A stretch of 32,201 nt of DNA from an uncultured Candidatus Saccharibacteria bacterium (GTDB lineage Bacteria; Patescibacteriota; Minisyncoccia; Minisyncoccales; Staskawiczbacteraceae): the NCBI GenBank assembly GCA_964453095.1, contig CAYVRE010000002.1, positions 1-32,201 on the forward strand. Direction: 5' to 3'. Positions 6,576-14,160 of the stretch are shown in pieces. Numbering within the stretch: the first letter of the stretch is position 1; the number at the start of each line of letters is the position of its first letter. A program made the position numbers and the translations under genes. Below the pieces are notes generated by a model. The model searched no databases, was not told where the DNA came from, and worked only from the letters and a program-made list of their open reading frames with translations.

Positions 6576-7715
6576 TTAGCGGAGGACCGCGCTTAAATCT
6601 GTTTTTGTTTTTTCGCGGATTTTGTCTTGTATCTTATTTATCTCTTCATTGGTTAAAGTTCTCTCCGGAGAACGGTAGATAATTCTGAATGTATAGCTTT
6701 TTTTATCTTTGCCGAACTTTGCGTCATCTTCAAACTCATCAACAAGTTTTACTTCCTCGATCAGATTCTCGGCAAAGTCCCTTACGATTTCGTAATAATT
6801 ATTCAGGTTTATATTTTTATCAATAATAAAAGAGATGTCTCTTGAAGTTTCCGGATATTTGCTCACCTCTTTATATCTATTATTTAAATCTTTAAGCTGG
6901 CTGGTGATTCTCGGATCGTCCGACCAAAGTATCCGTATATCCGGAATCCCCATTTTGATTAACGCCAATCTTTCCAAGCCGAATCCAAACGCCCAGCCAT
7001 TGTAGCCCTGGATGCCAAAGTTAGCTAATATGTTTTTTTTAGGCATTCCGCTTCCTACTATTTCCATCCACTCTCCTTTAATTTCAACTTCGATTTCCAA
7101 TGACGGATCGGTGTATGGGAATGTCTCAACAACAAATCTGAACTTTATATCCGAACCAAAAATGCTTTTAACTATTAACGACAGAGAATCTTTTAAATCT
7201 TCGATGTTAAGATTTTTTTTGCTATCCGGAACAAGATAAAGACCGCCCATTTGATGAAACACATTCATATGGTGCCTATCGATTTCATCCTTGCGGTAAA
7301 CTTTGCCGAAGCAGAACGTCCCAAAAGATTCATTTTGTTCAATCTTTTTTTTAATCTCGGGCTGGTTTAAATAATAATGCCAGAAGACGGTGTCGTGCGG
7401 GCGCAATACATGTTTTTCGTCCGCGTAATAAGTGTCTGATTCGCTGCGGGCAGGATGATCCTGCGCAAAGCCGAAAAGATCGAAAATGATATGCGTTGAT
7501 ATGATTTCAGGTATTTGGATCACATCGAAATCTGCAAATTCAGGAATTTGCAAAACTCTGTCTACGACCGACTTAATCGGGCTCCCCTCGGTGCGGGATA
7601 AATCGGGCAACTTCAAAAGTCGCTTAATCCTTTCGGCCTTAATATCGGTTCTGGCTTCCAACTCCTTTATTAACCCTCCCTCTTCCGAGTCGTTTATAAC
7701 GATATTTTTCCTCAT
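6576..7715 (-). CDS. pheS: Phenylalanine--tRNA ligase, single-chain type (PheS catalytic core + C-terminal FDX-ACB domain)
   Basis: Class II core motifs: HPARSESDTYY, FGKVYRKDEIDRHHMNVFHQMGGL, and motif 3 GWAFGFGLERLALI. The C-terminal ~95 aa (SKYPETSRDISFII...LIEEVKLVDEF...YTFRIIYRSPERTLTNEEINKI) have the ferredoxin-fold anticodon-binding pattern seen in mitochondrial PheRS and the PheT C-terminus. No pheT follows. Confidence 0.9.
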   Translation of the reverse strand: MRKNIVINDSEEGGLIKELEARTDIKAERIKRLLKLPDLSRTEGSPIKSVVDRVLQIPEFADFDVIQIPEIISTHIIFDLFGFAQDHPARSESDTYYADEKHVLRPHDTVFWHYYLNQPEIKKKIEQNESFGTFCFGKVYRKDEIDRHHMNVFHQMGGLYLVPDSKKNLNIEDLKDSLSLIVKSIFGSDIKFRFVVETFPYTDPSLEIEVEIKGEWMEIVGSGMPKKNILANFGIQGYNGWAFGFGLERLALIKMGIPDIRILWSDDPRITSQLKDLNNRYKEVSKYPETSRDISFIIDKNINLNNYYEIVRDFAENLIEEVKLVDEFEDDAKFGKDKKSYTFRIIYRSPERTLTNEEINKIQDKIREKTKTDLSAVLR

Positions 7716-7791
7716 ATATATTCTTTAATTATACTCCTAATTTAGGGGTAAAGCAAGATCTAAAATGTGGATAAATCAGCTCATTTTTGTC

Positions 7792-7820
7792 CTTGACATT
7801 TACGTTGAAAAGTTATAGTA
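7792..7820 (+). promoter_or_regulatory. Sigma70-like promoter candidate for the 113-aa/71-aa cassette
   Basis: TTGACA (7792-7797), then either TATAGT (7813-7818, 15-nt spacer) or TAGTAT (7815-7820, 17-nt spacer), about 55 nt upstream of ATG 7875. Confidence 0.5.
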
Positions 7821-7874
7821 TAAAAGCATTGAACACCGATCGTTGATAACTAACCCCCAGAAAGCGAGGGCCAC

Positions 7875-8216
7875 ATGGCAAAAAAACGCGAACGAGTGAC
7901 TACCTACTATATCGAACCCAGGGGCGATATTGCCTATACAAACAGGGTTTTGGCAAGCAACATCGATGAAGAAGACGCCCTACAAAGCGTGCTCTGCAAG
8001 GACGGCGTAAAGCGCGACTTGTGGAGGTGCTCGTCAGGCAAGGCTGTTGCGATGTGGAGCAGCAGGCACAACTGGGAGGAACTGGGCTTCAAAATTAGAA
8101 TCTGGCAGCAGGAAGGCAACGGAGAAATACGCATTGCAAGCGGCAAAAATAAAAACCCCCGCTTCCCTTACGGCCGTCCGAGAAAGAAAGTGAGTAAAGC
8201 TTATGGCAAGTTCTAA
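7875..8216 (+). CDS. Hypothetical basic protein (113 aa)
   Basis: ORF with GAGGG 4 nt upstream of the ATG. No motif recognised. Basic C-terminal tail (NPRFPYGRPRKKVSKAYGKF). Confidence 0.6.
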   Translation: MAKKRERVTTYYIEPRGDIAYTNRVLASNIDEEDALQSVLCKDGVKRDLWRCSSGKAVAMWSSRHNWEELGFKIRIWQQEGNGEIRIASGKNKNPRFPYGRPRKKVSKAYGKF

Positions 8217-8418
8217 TAAATGTGGTATGTGGGGAAATTTCATCGTCGGAGATCCCATAAAATACAAAGGGAAAAGGGCAAGAATCGTAGCAGCCCATCC
8301 GGACGATGGAATAAGGGGATTTGTTCCCATAAAAATCGACACTGAAAACCGGTTCAAACAGAACGCTTGTATCTGGGTGCCCGAGAAAGACCTTGAAAGG
8401 GATAACGCCTGGCCTTGA
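8203..8418 (+). CDS. Hypothetical small protein (71 aa)
   Basis: Overlaps the upstream ORF by 14 nt, suggesting translational coupling. No motif recognised. Followed by a terminator. Confidence 0.5.
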   Translation: MASSNKCGMWGNFIVGDPIKYKGKRARIVAAHPDDGIRGFVPIKIDTENRFKQNACIWVPEKDLERDNAWP

Positions 8419-8431
8419 ATAAAAAAAATAT

Positions 8432-8460
8432 GGCGGCCGTCTGTTGACAGCCGCTTTTTT
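8432..8460 (+). terminator. Rho-independent terminator of the two-ORF cassette
   Basis: GCGGC (8433-8437) / GCCGC (8450-8454) stem with an inner GTC/GAC pairing, followed by TTTTTT (8455-8460). Confidence 0.7.
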
Positions 8461-8534
8461 GTTGACAGCAGTTGTTTTTAGCCCTGATATATGGTAGTAT
8501 AGGTTTAGAAGCAATATTATTAAAATAATATAAT

Positions 8535-8792
8535 ATGCCAGGAAAAGCAAACTCGGCTTTCATGAAGCCGCTAAAGCTCACCTCTGACCTCGAAGCAGTT
8601 GTGGGAAAGGGTCCTATGCCAAGATCCGAAGTCGTAAAAAAACTTTGGGTGTATATAAAGAAAAATAACTTGCAGGATCCAAAAAAGAGAAGGAATATAG
8701 TCGCCGACGCCAAATTAAAAGTAGTCTTTGGCGGAAAAGGCGTAGTAGATATGTTTGAGATGACAAAATTGGTCTCAAAACACCTGTCCTAA
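8535..8792 (+). CDS. SWIB/MDM2 domain protein
   Basis: 85 aa. LSDLEAVVGKGPMPRSEVVKKLWVYIKKNNLQDPKKRRNIVADAKLKVVFGGKGVVDMFEMTKLVSKHL matches the SWIB/MDM2 pattern (r.ev.k.lW.YIK...LQdp...r.I..D..L..vf......mfem.kll..H). Confidence 0.85.
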   Translation: MPGKANSAFMKPLKLTSDLEAVVGKGPMPRSEVVKKLWVYIKKNNLQDPKKRRNIVADAKLKVVFGGKGVVDMFEMTKLVSKHLS

Positions 8793-8809
8793 TCAAGTTG
8801 CAGGCAAAC

Positions 8810-8845
8810 AAAAAACACGATTCAACTCGTGTTTTTTGTTTTTTT
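8810..8845 (+). terminator. Rho-independent terminator (bidirectional) after the SWIB gene
   Basis: AAAAACACGA-TTCAAC-TCGTGTTTTTTGTTTTTTT. The stem is 8815-8820 / 8827-8832, with an A-run before it and a long T-run after it. Confidence 0.85.
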
Positions 8846-8847
8846 AG

Positions 8848-9009
8848 TTATTTTGGAAGAGAGGCTGAAAAACTGGTCTCCGAAAACAGGGATATAATTT
8901 TCTCAAACTGAATATTTTGATAAACAACAACCCCGCTAAAGAAAATAAACGCGGCGGCAACAATAATTATGGCTCCAATCATAGTCGAAACTTCTTTTTG
9001 GCTCTTCAT
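8848..9009 (-). CDS. Possible 53-aa single-pass membrane protein
   Basis: Below the ORF-track cutoff. Minus-strand translation is MKSQKEVSTMIGAIIIVAAAFIFFSGVVVYQNIQFEKIISLFSETSFSASLPK. Lies 28 nt downstream of the response regulator gene on the same strand. Confidence 0.3.
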   Translation of the reverse strand: MKSQKEVSTMIGAIIIVAAAFIFFSGVVVYQNIQFEKIISLFSETSFSASLPK

Positions 9010-9037
9010 ATTTTTAATAGTTTAATTATTTATTTTA

Positions 9038-9442
9038 TTATGACCTTTGCTTTAAAACTTCTTTTACTTTATCCATTAATTGTTTTATTGAAAGACTGGC
9101 TTTAACTATGTAATAAACAGGCCCGGTGTCTGCCACTTTTTTAATAATGTCTTCGCTATCGGCACTGAGATTAGTAAGCATAATCACCGGAATTTTTCTA
9201 ATCGGGTCTTCTTGCTTTCTCAATTCTTTAAGCATCTCAAACCCATCCATAATTGGCATTAAAATGTCCAGCAATATCAAATCCGGCACTTCTTCGATGG
9301 CTTTTTTTAAGCCGTCTACGCCATTCACCGCGCATAGAGCTTCAAATCCATTTATAGAAAGCGCCTTGCAATATACATCCCTGGTATTTTCGTCGTCCTC
9401 CACAACTAAAATTCTAATTTTACCTGATTTTTCCTGCTTCAT
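9038..9442 (-). CDS. Response regulator, receiver domain only (CheY-like)
   Basis: 134 aa. VVEDDENT acidic pocket, phospho-acceptor context LILLDILMPIMDG, and the Thr and Lys region (IMLTN..., KASL). No output domain. Confidence 0.9.
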   Translation of the reverse strand: MKQEKSGKIRILVVEDDENTRDVYCKALSINGFEALCAVNGVDGLKKAIEEVPDLILLDILMPIMDGFEMLKELRKQEDPIRKIPVIMLTNLSADSEDIIKKVADTGPVYYIVKASLSIKQLMDKVKEVLKQRS

Positions 9443-9469
9443 ATATTTTTAATTTTAATGTTAATAACT

Positions 9470-10285
9470 TTATGGTTTATGACGAAGTCCGAAACTGATT
9501 TTATGGCCGGATATCTTTTCATAACGGGAAATCAGCAAAGCTACAATTTTCGCCGGCTCTTTTTTAATATTGATAACTAGGCCGTTTTTATCGTTGATGT
9601 CCAAGTCCGGAATGTCTTTGGCGATTTCTAATGCATCATCCCCTATCCTTAACCGCATCTGAGAAATAACATCGCTTAGAATTTCGTAATAAATAATTTG
9701 ATCTTTCGGCTTGCTACTGTAATCATGAAGCGCTATATTAATCTTTTGGTTCCTGCGGGAGAAAAAATAGGCAAGGGTGAATACCGCCGAGATGACCACA
9801 ATGATAATTATGGAAAACAAAATTAAGTCGCTTTGGAAGAAACCTGCAATTTTTGTTTCCACCACGAAAGAAAACTCAGACACCGCCGGTGCTTCCTGGT
9901 AGGGATATTTTAAAATAGTAACGAATGTATAGGTGCCGGGCTTTATAGTATAGGGCAGCTGTACCCGCTTTACAAAACTGGCCGTGGTTTCCACTGCCAC
10001 GGTTTCGTTTTCTGAGTAAACTTCCTTATCGCCATTGTCTAAAATTTTGTAATCGACGACTACATCTATCCTTTTGATCGAACCAAAATTAACCAACTTT
10101 ACGGAAATTGGCAAAAATTCTCCGGGAGCTATTCTGCTCTCGGCGCTCTCGGAGGCGGATTTTATCGTGCCGATACCGGAGGCGTCCGATGCGGTTTCCT
10201 GAGCCATAGCGGAAACTCCGCAGGCCAGTGAAAAGAACAACGCAGAGTAAAAAAATAAAAACTTAACTTTCTTAAAATCCATCAT
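9470..10285 (-). CDS. Secreted/membrane-anchored hypothetical protein with beta-sandwich (CARDB-like?) ectodomain
   Basis: 271 aa. Signal peptide (FFYSALFFSLACGVSAMA), a beta-rich ectodomain, one TM helix (LILFSIIIIVVISAVFTLAYFF) and a cytoplasmic tail. The fold guess is weak. Confidence 0.75.
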   Translation of the reverse strand: MMDFKKVKFLFFYSALFFSLACGVSAMAQETASDASGIGTIKSASESAESRIAPGEFLPISVKLVNFGSIKRIDVVVDYKILDNGDKEVYSENETVAVETTASFVKRVQLPYTIKPGTYTFVTILKYPYQEAPAVSEFSFVVETKIAGFFQSDLILFSIIIIVVISAVFTLAYFFSRRNQKINIALHDYSSKPKDQIIYYEILSDVISQMRLRIGDDALEIAKDIPDLDINDKNGLVINIKKEPAKIVALLISRYEKISGHKISFGLRHKP

Positions 10286-10295
10286 TCTGACGCTT

Positions 10296-10757
10296 TTAGT
10301 TTTTTTTAATCTTTTCCAGTTTTGCTTTTTTATAGGCCTTATAAATTAAACTGGCTGCAAATAATAAAAGCAATACAAAAAAGGTCGTCCACAATAAAAG
10401 GACAACCGTATTATTTTCTCCGAAGATCGGCTGGACAGAAATATCGAATAAAACCGGCGGGATGCCGTTTAGAGCGACCGTTCGACCGCCTTCGCCCTGC
10501 TTGTCTTGATTTTGGTTTTGAGTATTAGAGGCAAATTGACCGCCTGTTGTGTTTTGATTATTAAAAGCTATCTGCGACATAGGGGCAACCAGTCCGGTAT
10601 GCGTATTTTCGGCTACAAAGCCGACTATAGAAGAAACTTTTTGGCTATCAAATTCTGCCGCTATGCCTAAAAAATACGACGCTAAACCAATAACAAAAAC
10701 CAGGCAACCAATGATAACAGCCCATCCTATTTTCTTAGCGATAAATTTTCTTTTCAT
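10296..10757 (-). CDS. Hypothetical membrane protein (153 aa)
   Basis: N-terminal and C-terminal TM helices flank a Gln/Asn/Gly-rich segment. Co-directional within the HK-RR string. Confidence 0.7.
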   Translation of the reverse strand: MKRKFIAKKIGWAVIIGCLVFVIGLASYFLGIAAEFDSQKVSSIVGFVAENTHTGLVAPMSQIAFNNQNTTGGQFASNTQNQNQDKQGEGGRTVALNGIPPVLFDISVQPIFGENNTVVLLLWTTFFVLLLLFAASLIYKAYKKAKLEKIKKN

Positions 10758-10820
10758 AGCATTGAAATAAATTCGCCTTATATCATTATATCCCCCTTAA
10801 AGGCCGGATGTCAAAAATAT

Positions 10821-12014
10821 TCAACCCGAAATAACCCCTGGCGCCTCCGGCTGCACAACGGGTAATTCTATATGAAAAACAGACCCCTTGTCCTTGCCCT
10901 CGGATTCTACCCAGATTTTTCCGTTATGAGAATTGATAATTTTTGAAGAAAGATACATTCCTATCCCTATGCCCGTAACATTAATGCTCTTTGCCTCCTC
11001 TCCCCTGGTGAATAAATTTGCGAATAAATTATCTATTTGTCCCCTATCCATGCCGACTCCAGTGTCTTTTATGATAATTTCCAATTCTTGTCCAAAGCTT
11101 CCAGTGCTGTCAATTTTGTTTTTCAACTGTATTAGTATGCCCCCTCTTTGAGTGTATTTGATGGCATTATCAATTATATTAACCAGCACCACTTGCAGCC
11201 TATTCGAATCAGCCTGTATTTTTGAGATAACCTCTTTTGGTTCTTCAATTTTTAACGTTAATCCCTTCTTGTCCGCTTCAATCTTCAGTTCGCTTAATAC
11301 GTTCTCAATAATTGCTTTCACGTCCACACCGGATTCTAATTTTATGACCTTCTCCCCCATCTGAAAACGGGACAAATCTAAAAACTCGTTTACTATCCTG
11401 ATAAGCCTTCCCGAGGAAGCGCCGAATTTATCGACAACCTGGCTGATTTTTTTAGGCACCTTGCCGTAAGCGCCGTCTTGCAGAAGAGACACATAACCCA
11501 TCATCGATGTAAGCGGCGTGCGGAGATGATGCTGGGTTATCATCATAAACTCATTTTTCTGTTGGTCGAGTCTCTCTAAGCTCTCCTTTGCTTTCTTTTC
11601 AACATTGTAGGCCTCTCTAATCTTTTCTGTCTGTTCATGAACTTTATGCTGGAGAGTCAAGCTAAAATCTTCTAGGGCTTCGTTGGCCTTTCTTTGGGCA
11701 AAACTGGCTTCGACGATCTTCCGCGTGCTTTTGTCAAAATAGTAGCCATAGGCAATAACTAATGTAAAAACTGAGACAATCAATGATTTTGAGATGCTCT
11801 TTTCAACAAAAAAAGAAAGCGTGAAAACAAAAATGACTAAAACCAAACTGACTACCAGGTACCGGGAAAACAGGCAATTGCCAAGCTTCAGCTCGCAATA
11901 CTGGCAATGCGTAGAGGGCGGATAACCAAGATTTTTGGCTAACCAGCAATTTTTATTTATATATCCGGAATCACCCAGCTTCTTTTCTTTTTGAGATTTT
12001 TCGGATGTTTCCAT
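10821..12014 (-). CDS. Sensor histidine kinase (HisKA + HATPase_c)
   Basis: H-box HHLRTPLTSMMGY, N-box NIIDNAIKYT, G-boxes DTGVGMD and GIGIGMYLS. The N-terminus has a 4-Cys segment (NKNCWLAKNLGYPPSTHCQYCELKLGNC) before two TM helices. Confidence 0.9.
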   Translation of the reverse strand: METSEKSQKEKKLGDSGYINKNCWLAKNLGYPPSTHCQYCELKLGNCLFSRYLVVSLVLVIFVFTLSFFVEKSISKSLIVSVFTLVIAYGYYFDKSTRKIVEASFAQRKANEALEDFSLTLQHKVHEQTEKIREAYNVEKKAKESLERLDQQKNEFMMITQHHLRTPLTSMMGYVSLLQDGAYGKVPKKISQVVDKFGASSGRLIRIVNEFLDLSRFQMGEKVIKLESGVDVKAIIENVLSELKIEADKKGLTLKIEEPKEVISKIQADSNRLQVVLVNIIDNAIKYTQRGGILIQLKNKIDSTGSFGQELEIIIKDTGVGMDRGQIDNLFANLFTRGEEAKSINVTGIGIGMYLSSKIINSHNGKIWVESEGKDKGSVFHIELPVVQPEAPGVISG

Positions 12015-12020
12015 TTATCT

Positions 12021-12452
12021 TTATTTATTAAAAATCTTTTTGAACACAACATACATCATGGCGGCCAAACAAAAATTGGCGAAGCTGGCCAAAAGCGTTA
12101 AAAAGGCCACTGTCAAATCCAGTCCCCAGGCGAAACTGACAAATTTTCCATAATAAATCAACAAAAAAGAAATCAGAAACATTGCCCCGGTGAAACTGTA
12201 TACAAACCGTATTTCCCCCGTGTCTTTTTGAATTGGATTAATTTCCAGATTCAAAACCTTATTTGAAAAATAATTGTGAATCTGATAAACAAAATTCAGC
12301 TTCATGGAAACGGCGCCGAGGAAGAATAAGATGCTGGTTAGCAAGACTAACCAATTATTATGAATCAGAAAAGCAAATAAAGGAAGAAAACCGCCGACAG
12401 CTCTGAAAAAATTTAAAGAAGCGTTGCTGTAAATTACACAATTTTGTGCCAT
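12021..12452 (-). CDS. Small polytopic membrane protein (possibly DUF4395-like)
   Basis: 143 aa with about 4 predicted TM helices. Sits between the desulfurase/rhodanese pair and the HK. The family guess is from memory and weak. Confidence 0.6.
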   Translation of the reverse strand: MAQNCVIYSNASLNFFRAVGGFLPLFAFLIHNNWLVLLTSILFFLGAVSMKLNFVYQIHNYFSNKVLNLEINPIQKDTGEIRFVYSFTGAMFLISFLLIYYGKFVSFAWGLDLTVAFLTLLASFANFCLAAMMYVVFKKIFNK

Positions 12453-12505
12453 ATCCGTAAATTATTAAATTATATTATTAAACAGACCTTAATATATTTT
12501 ACTTC

Positions 12506-13837
12506 TTAACTCTTTTCTTTGCAAATGAGGCTTACGGCATCGCAGGCCCTCTTTACGTCTTCAATATTGTTATAGATATAAAAACTCAGCCTGCAACTTG
12601 CGGGAGGGTTCAGTTCAAAAAAATGATGGGCCAGGGTTGCGCAATGGCATCCTGCGCGTGATTCTATGCCCAGCTTGGCCAATGCTTCGGCAATTTCAAA
12701 AGGATTTTTATGCTCGCAGGTAAATGCAACTAAACAAGTCCTTTGGTCGGCGTCTTTCGGGCCATAAATTTTTATGGACGGTATCCGGCCTAACAGCTTC
12801 AGCGCCTCTTCCATTAAAATCGTTTCGTGATGCTCTATATTGCTCATGGCATTTTTTATATCCGAGGGCTCCAATTTTTTATCAGTCATAAAGTACTTGT
12901 ATTGGCCGGGCGTCAGAGCAAAATCCAGCAATAACCTTAGAGCCTGAGCGGAAAGTATTGTTCCCAATATATTGGGGGTTCCGGCTGTAAATTTCCAGGG
13001 CAGCGTATTGTACTCCACTTTTTCCGGGCTTACCTTCCCTTCGGCAATCATGTCCCCCCCATAGAGAAACGGCCTTATTCTTTCAAGAATCTCTTCCCTT
13101 GCATACAAAGCTCCGACGCCGAAAGGAGCAAGCATCTTGTGAAAAGACCAGGCAAAAAAATCTATATCCAGTTTTTTGACATTAATAAACATATTCGGAG
13201 CCATCTGGGCGCCGTCAATCAAAAGATAAGATCTTTTTTCTCCGCCGGGCTGCATATATCCGCTGGCATAAGCAATTTCCCTTATTTTATCTATAGGATT
13301 TTTTGTTCCTAAAAAATTTGAGGCGCCCGTACAGCACACCAGTTTTGTTCTTTCATCAACCAAAGATTTTAAATGGGCCAAATCAAGATCTCCCGTCTCT
13401 TTGTTAAATTTCGCAATCCTAAGGCCTACATTAACTCCGAATTTAACCAATATCTCATTACACATCGCATACCAGGGAACATAGTTTGAATTGTGCTCCA
13501 TGTAGGTCGTTACAACGTTATCCCCGTCCCTGAACTCCGTCATTAATGAATACATCACTGAATTAACCGCTTCGGTCGCATTTCTGTACAAAACAATGTT
13601 TCTTTTTGAAGGAGCGCCGATAAATTGCGCGATAGTATCATAGGAGGCCTCAAATTTTTCAGTAGTTAAAACCGAGGCATGCGACTGCCCTCTGTGAACA
13701 TTTTCATATTGTACGGAAAGGTCTTTTAACAAACCCAGCAATTGAATCGGAATCTGGGTGCTTGCCGCATTATTGGAAACAGTTCTCCCGGAATTTATCG
13801 CCGGAAAGAAAGTTCTTATCTTTTGAGTTTTAATCAT
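12506..13837 (-). CDS. Cysteine desulfurase-like class V aminotransferase (SufS/CsdA type)
   Basis: 443 aa. PLP-lysine context FAWSFHKMLAPFGVGALY and active-site Cys context ESRAGCHCATLAHH (R.G.HCA). Confidence 0.85.
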   Translation of the reverse strand: MIKTQKIRTFFPAINSGRTVSNNAASTQIPIQLLGLLKDLSVQYENVHRGQSHASVLTTEKFEASYDTIAQFIGAPSKRNIVLYRNATEAVNSVMYSLMTEFRDGDNVVTTYMEHNSNYVPWYAMCNEILVKFGVNVGLRIAKFNKETGDLDLAHLKSLVDERTKLVCCTGASNFLGTKNPIDKIREIAYASGYMQPGGEKRSYLLIDGAQMAPNMFINVKKLDIDFFAWSFHKMLAPFGVGALYAREEILERIRPFLYGGDMIAEGKVSPEKVEYNTLPWKFTAGTPNILGTILSAQALRLLLDFALTPGQYKYFMTDKKLEPSDIKNAMSNIEHHETILMEEALKLLGRIPSIKIYGPKDADQRTCLVAFTCEHKNPFEIAEALAKLGIESRAGCHCATLAHHFFELNPPASCRLSFYIYNNIEDVKRACDAVSLICKEKS

Positions 13838-14118
13838 AATACATCCTTAAGGTCAGAACAACTACCGCCGTTATACACTTTTTCGAACTCATTGGCTTGC
13901 AATATTTTCTTTGCAATTTCGCTTCTTTCTCCGGACGCGCAACAAAAAATTATGGGTTTGTCTTTTTTCAATTCTGACATATAGTTATTGATATCAGCCA
14001 ATGGAATATTCAATGATCCATCCATATGCTCCTCGGCATATTCAGCGGGGGTGCGCACATCAACAACAATCGCGCCATCGGCAATCATATTTTTTAAATC
14101 TTTAATATCTTCCTGCAT
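13834..14118 (-). CDS. Rhodanese-domain sulfurtransferase
   Basis: 94 aa. Active-site loop FCCASGERS (C.....R). Its stop overlaps the desulfurase start (ATGA, 13834-13837). Confidence 0.85.
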   Translation of the reverse strand: MQEDIKDLKNMIADGAIVVDVRTPAEYAEEHMDGSLNIPLADINNYMSELKKDKPIIFCCASGERSEIAKKILQANEFEKVYNGGSCSDLKDVL

Positions 14119-14160
14119 AATTAATTATATTCAATTATATCACTCTACCAAGAAACCGCC

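Noticed and set aside
8034-8811. Minus-strand ORFs of 107, 151, 119 and 65 aa overlapping the plus-strand cassette and the SWIB gene
   Set aside because: The plus strand has promoters, RBSs, terminators and a recognisable SWIB domain. The minus-strand translations are low-complexity with no signals.
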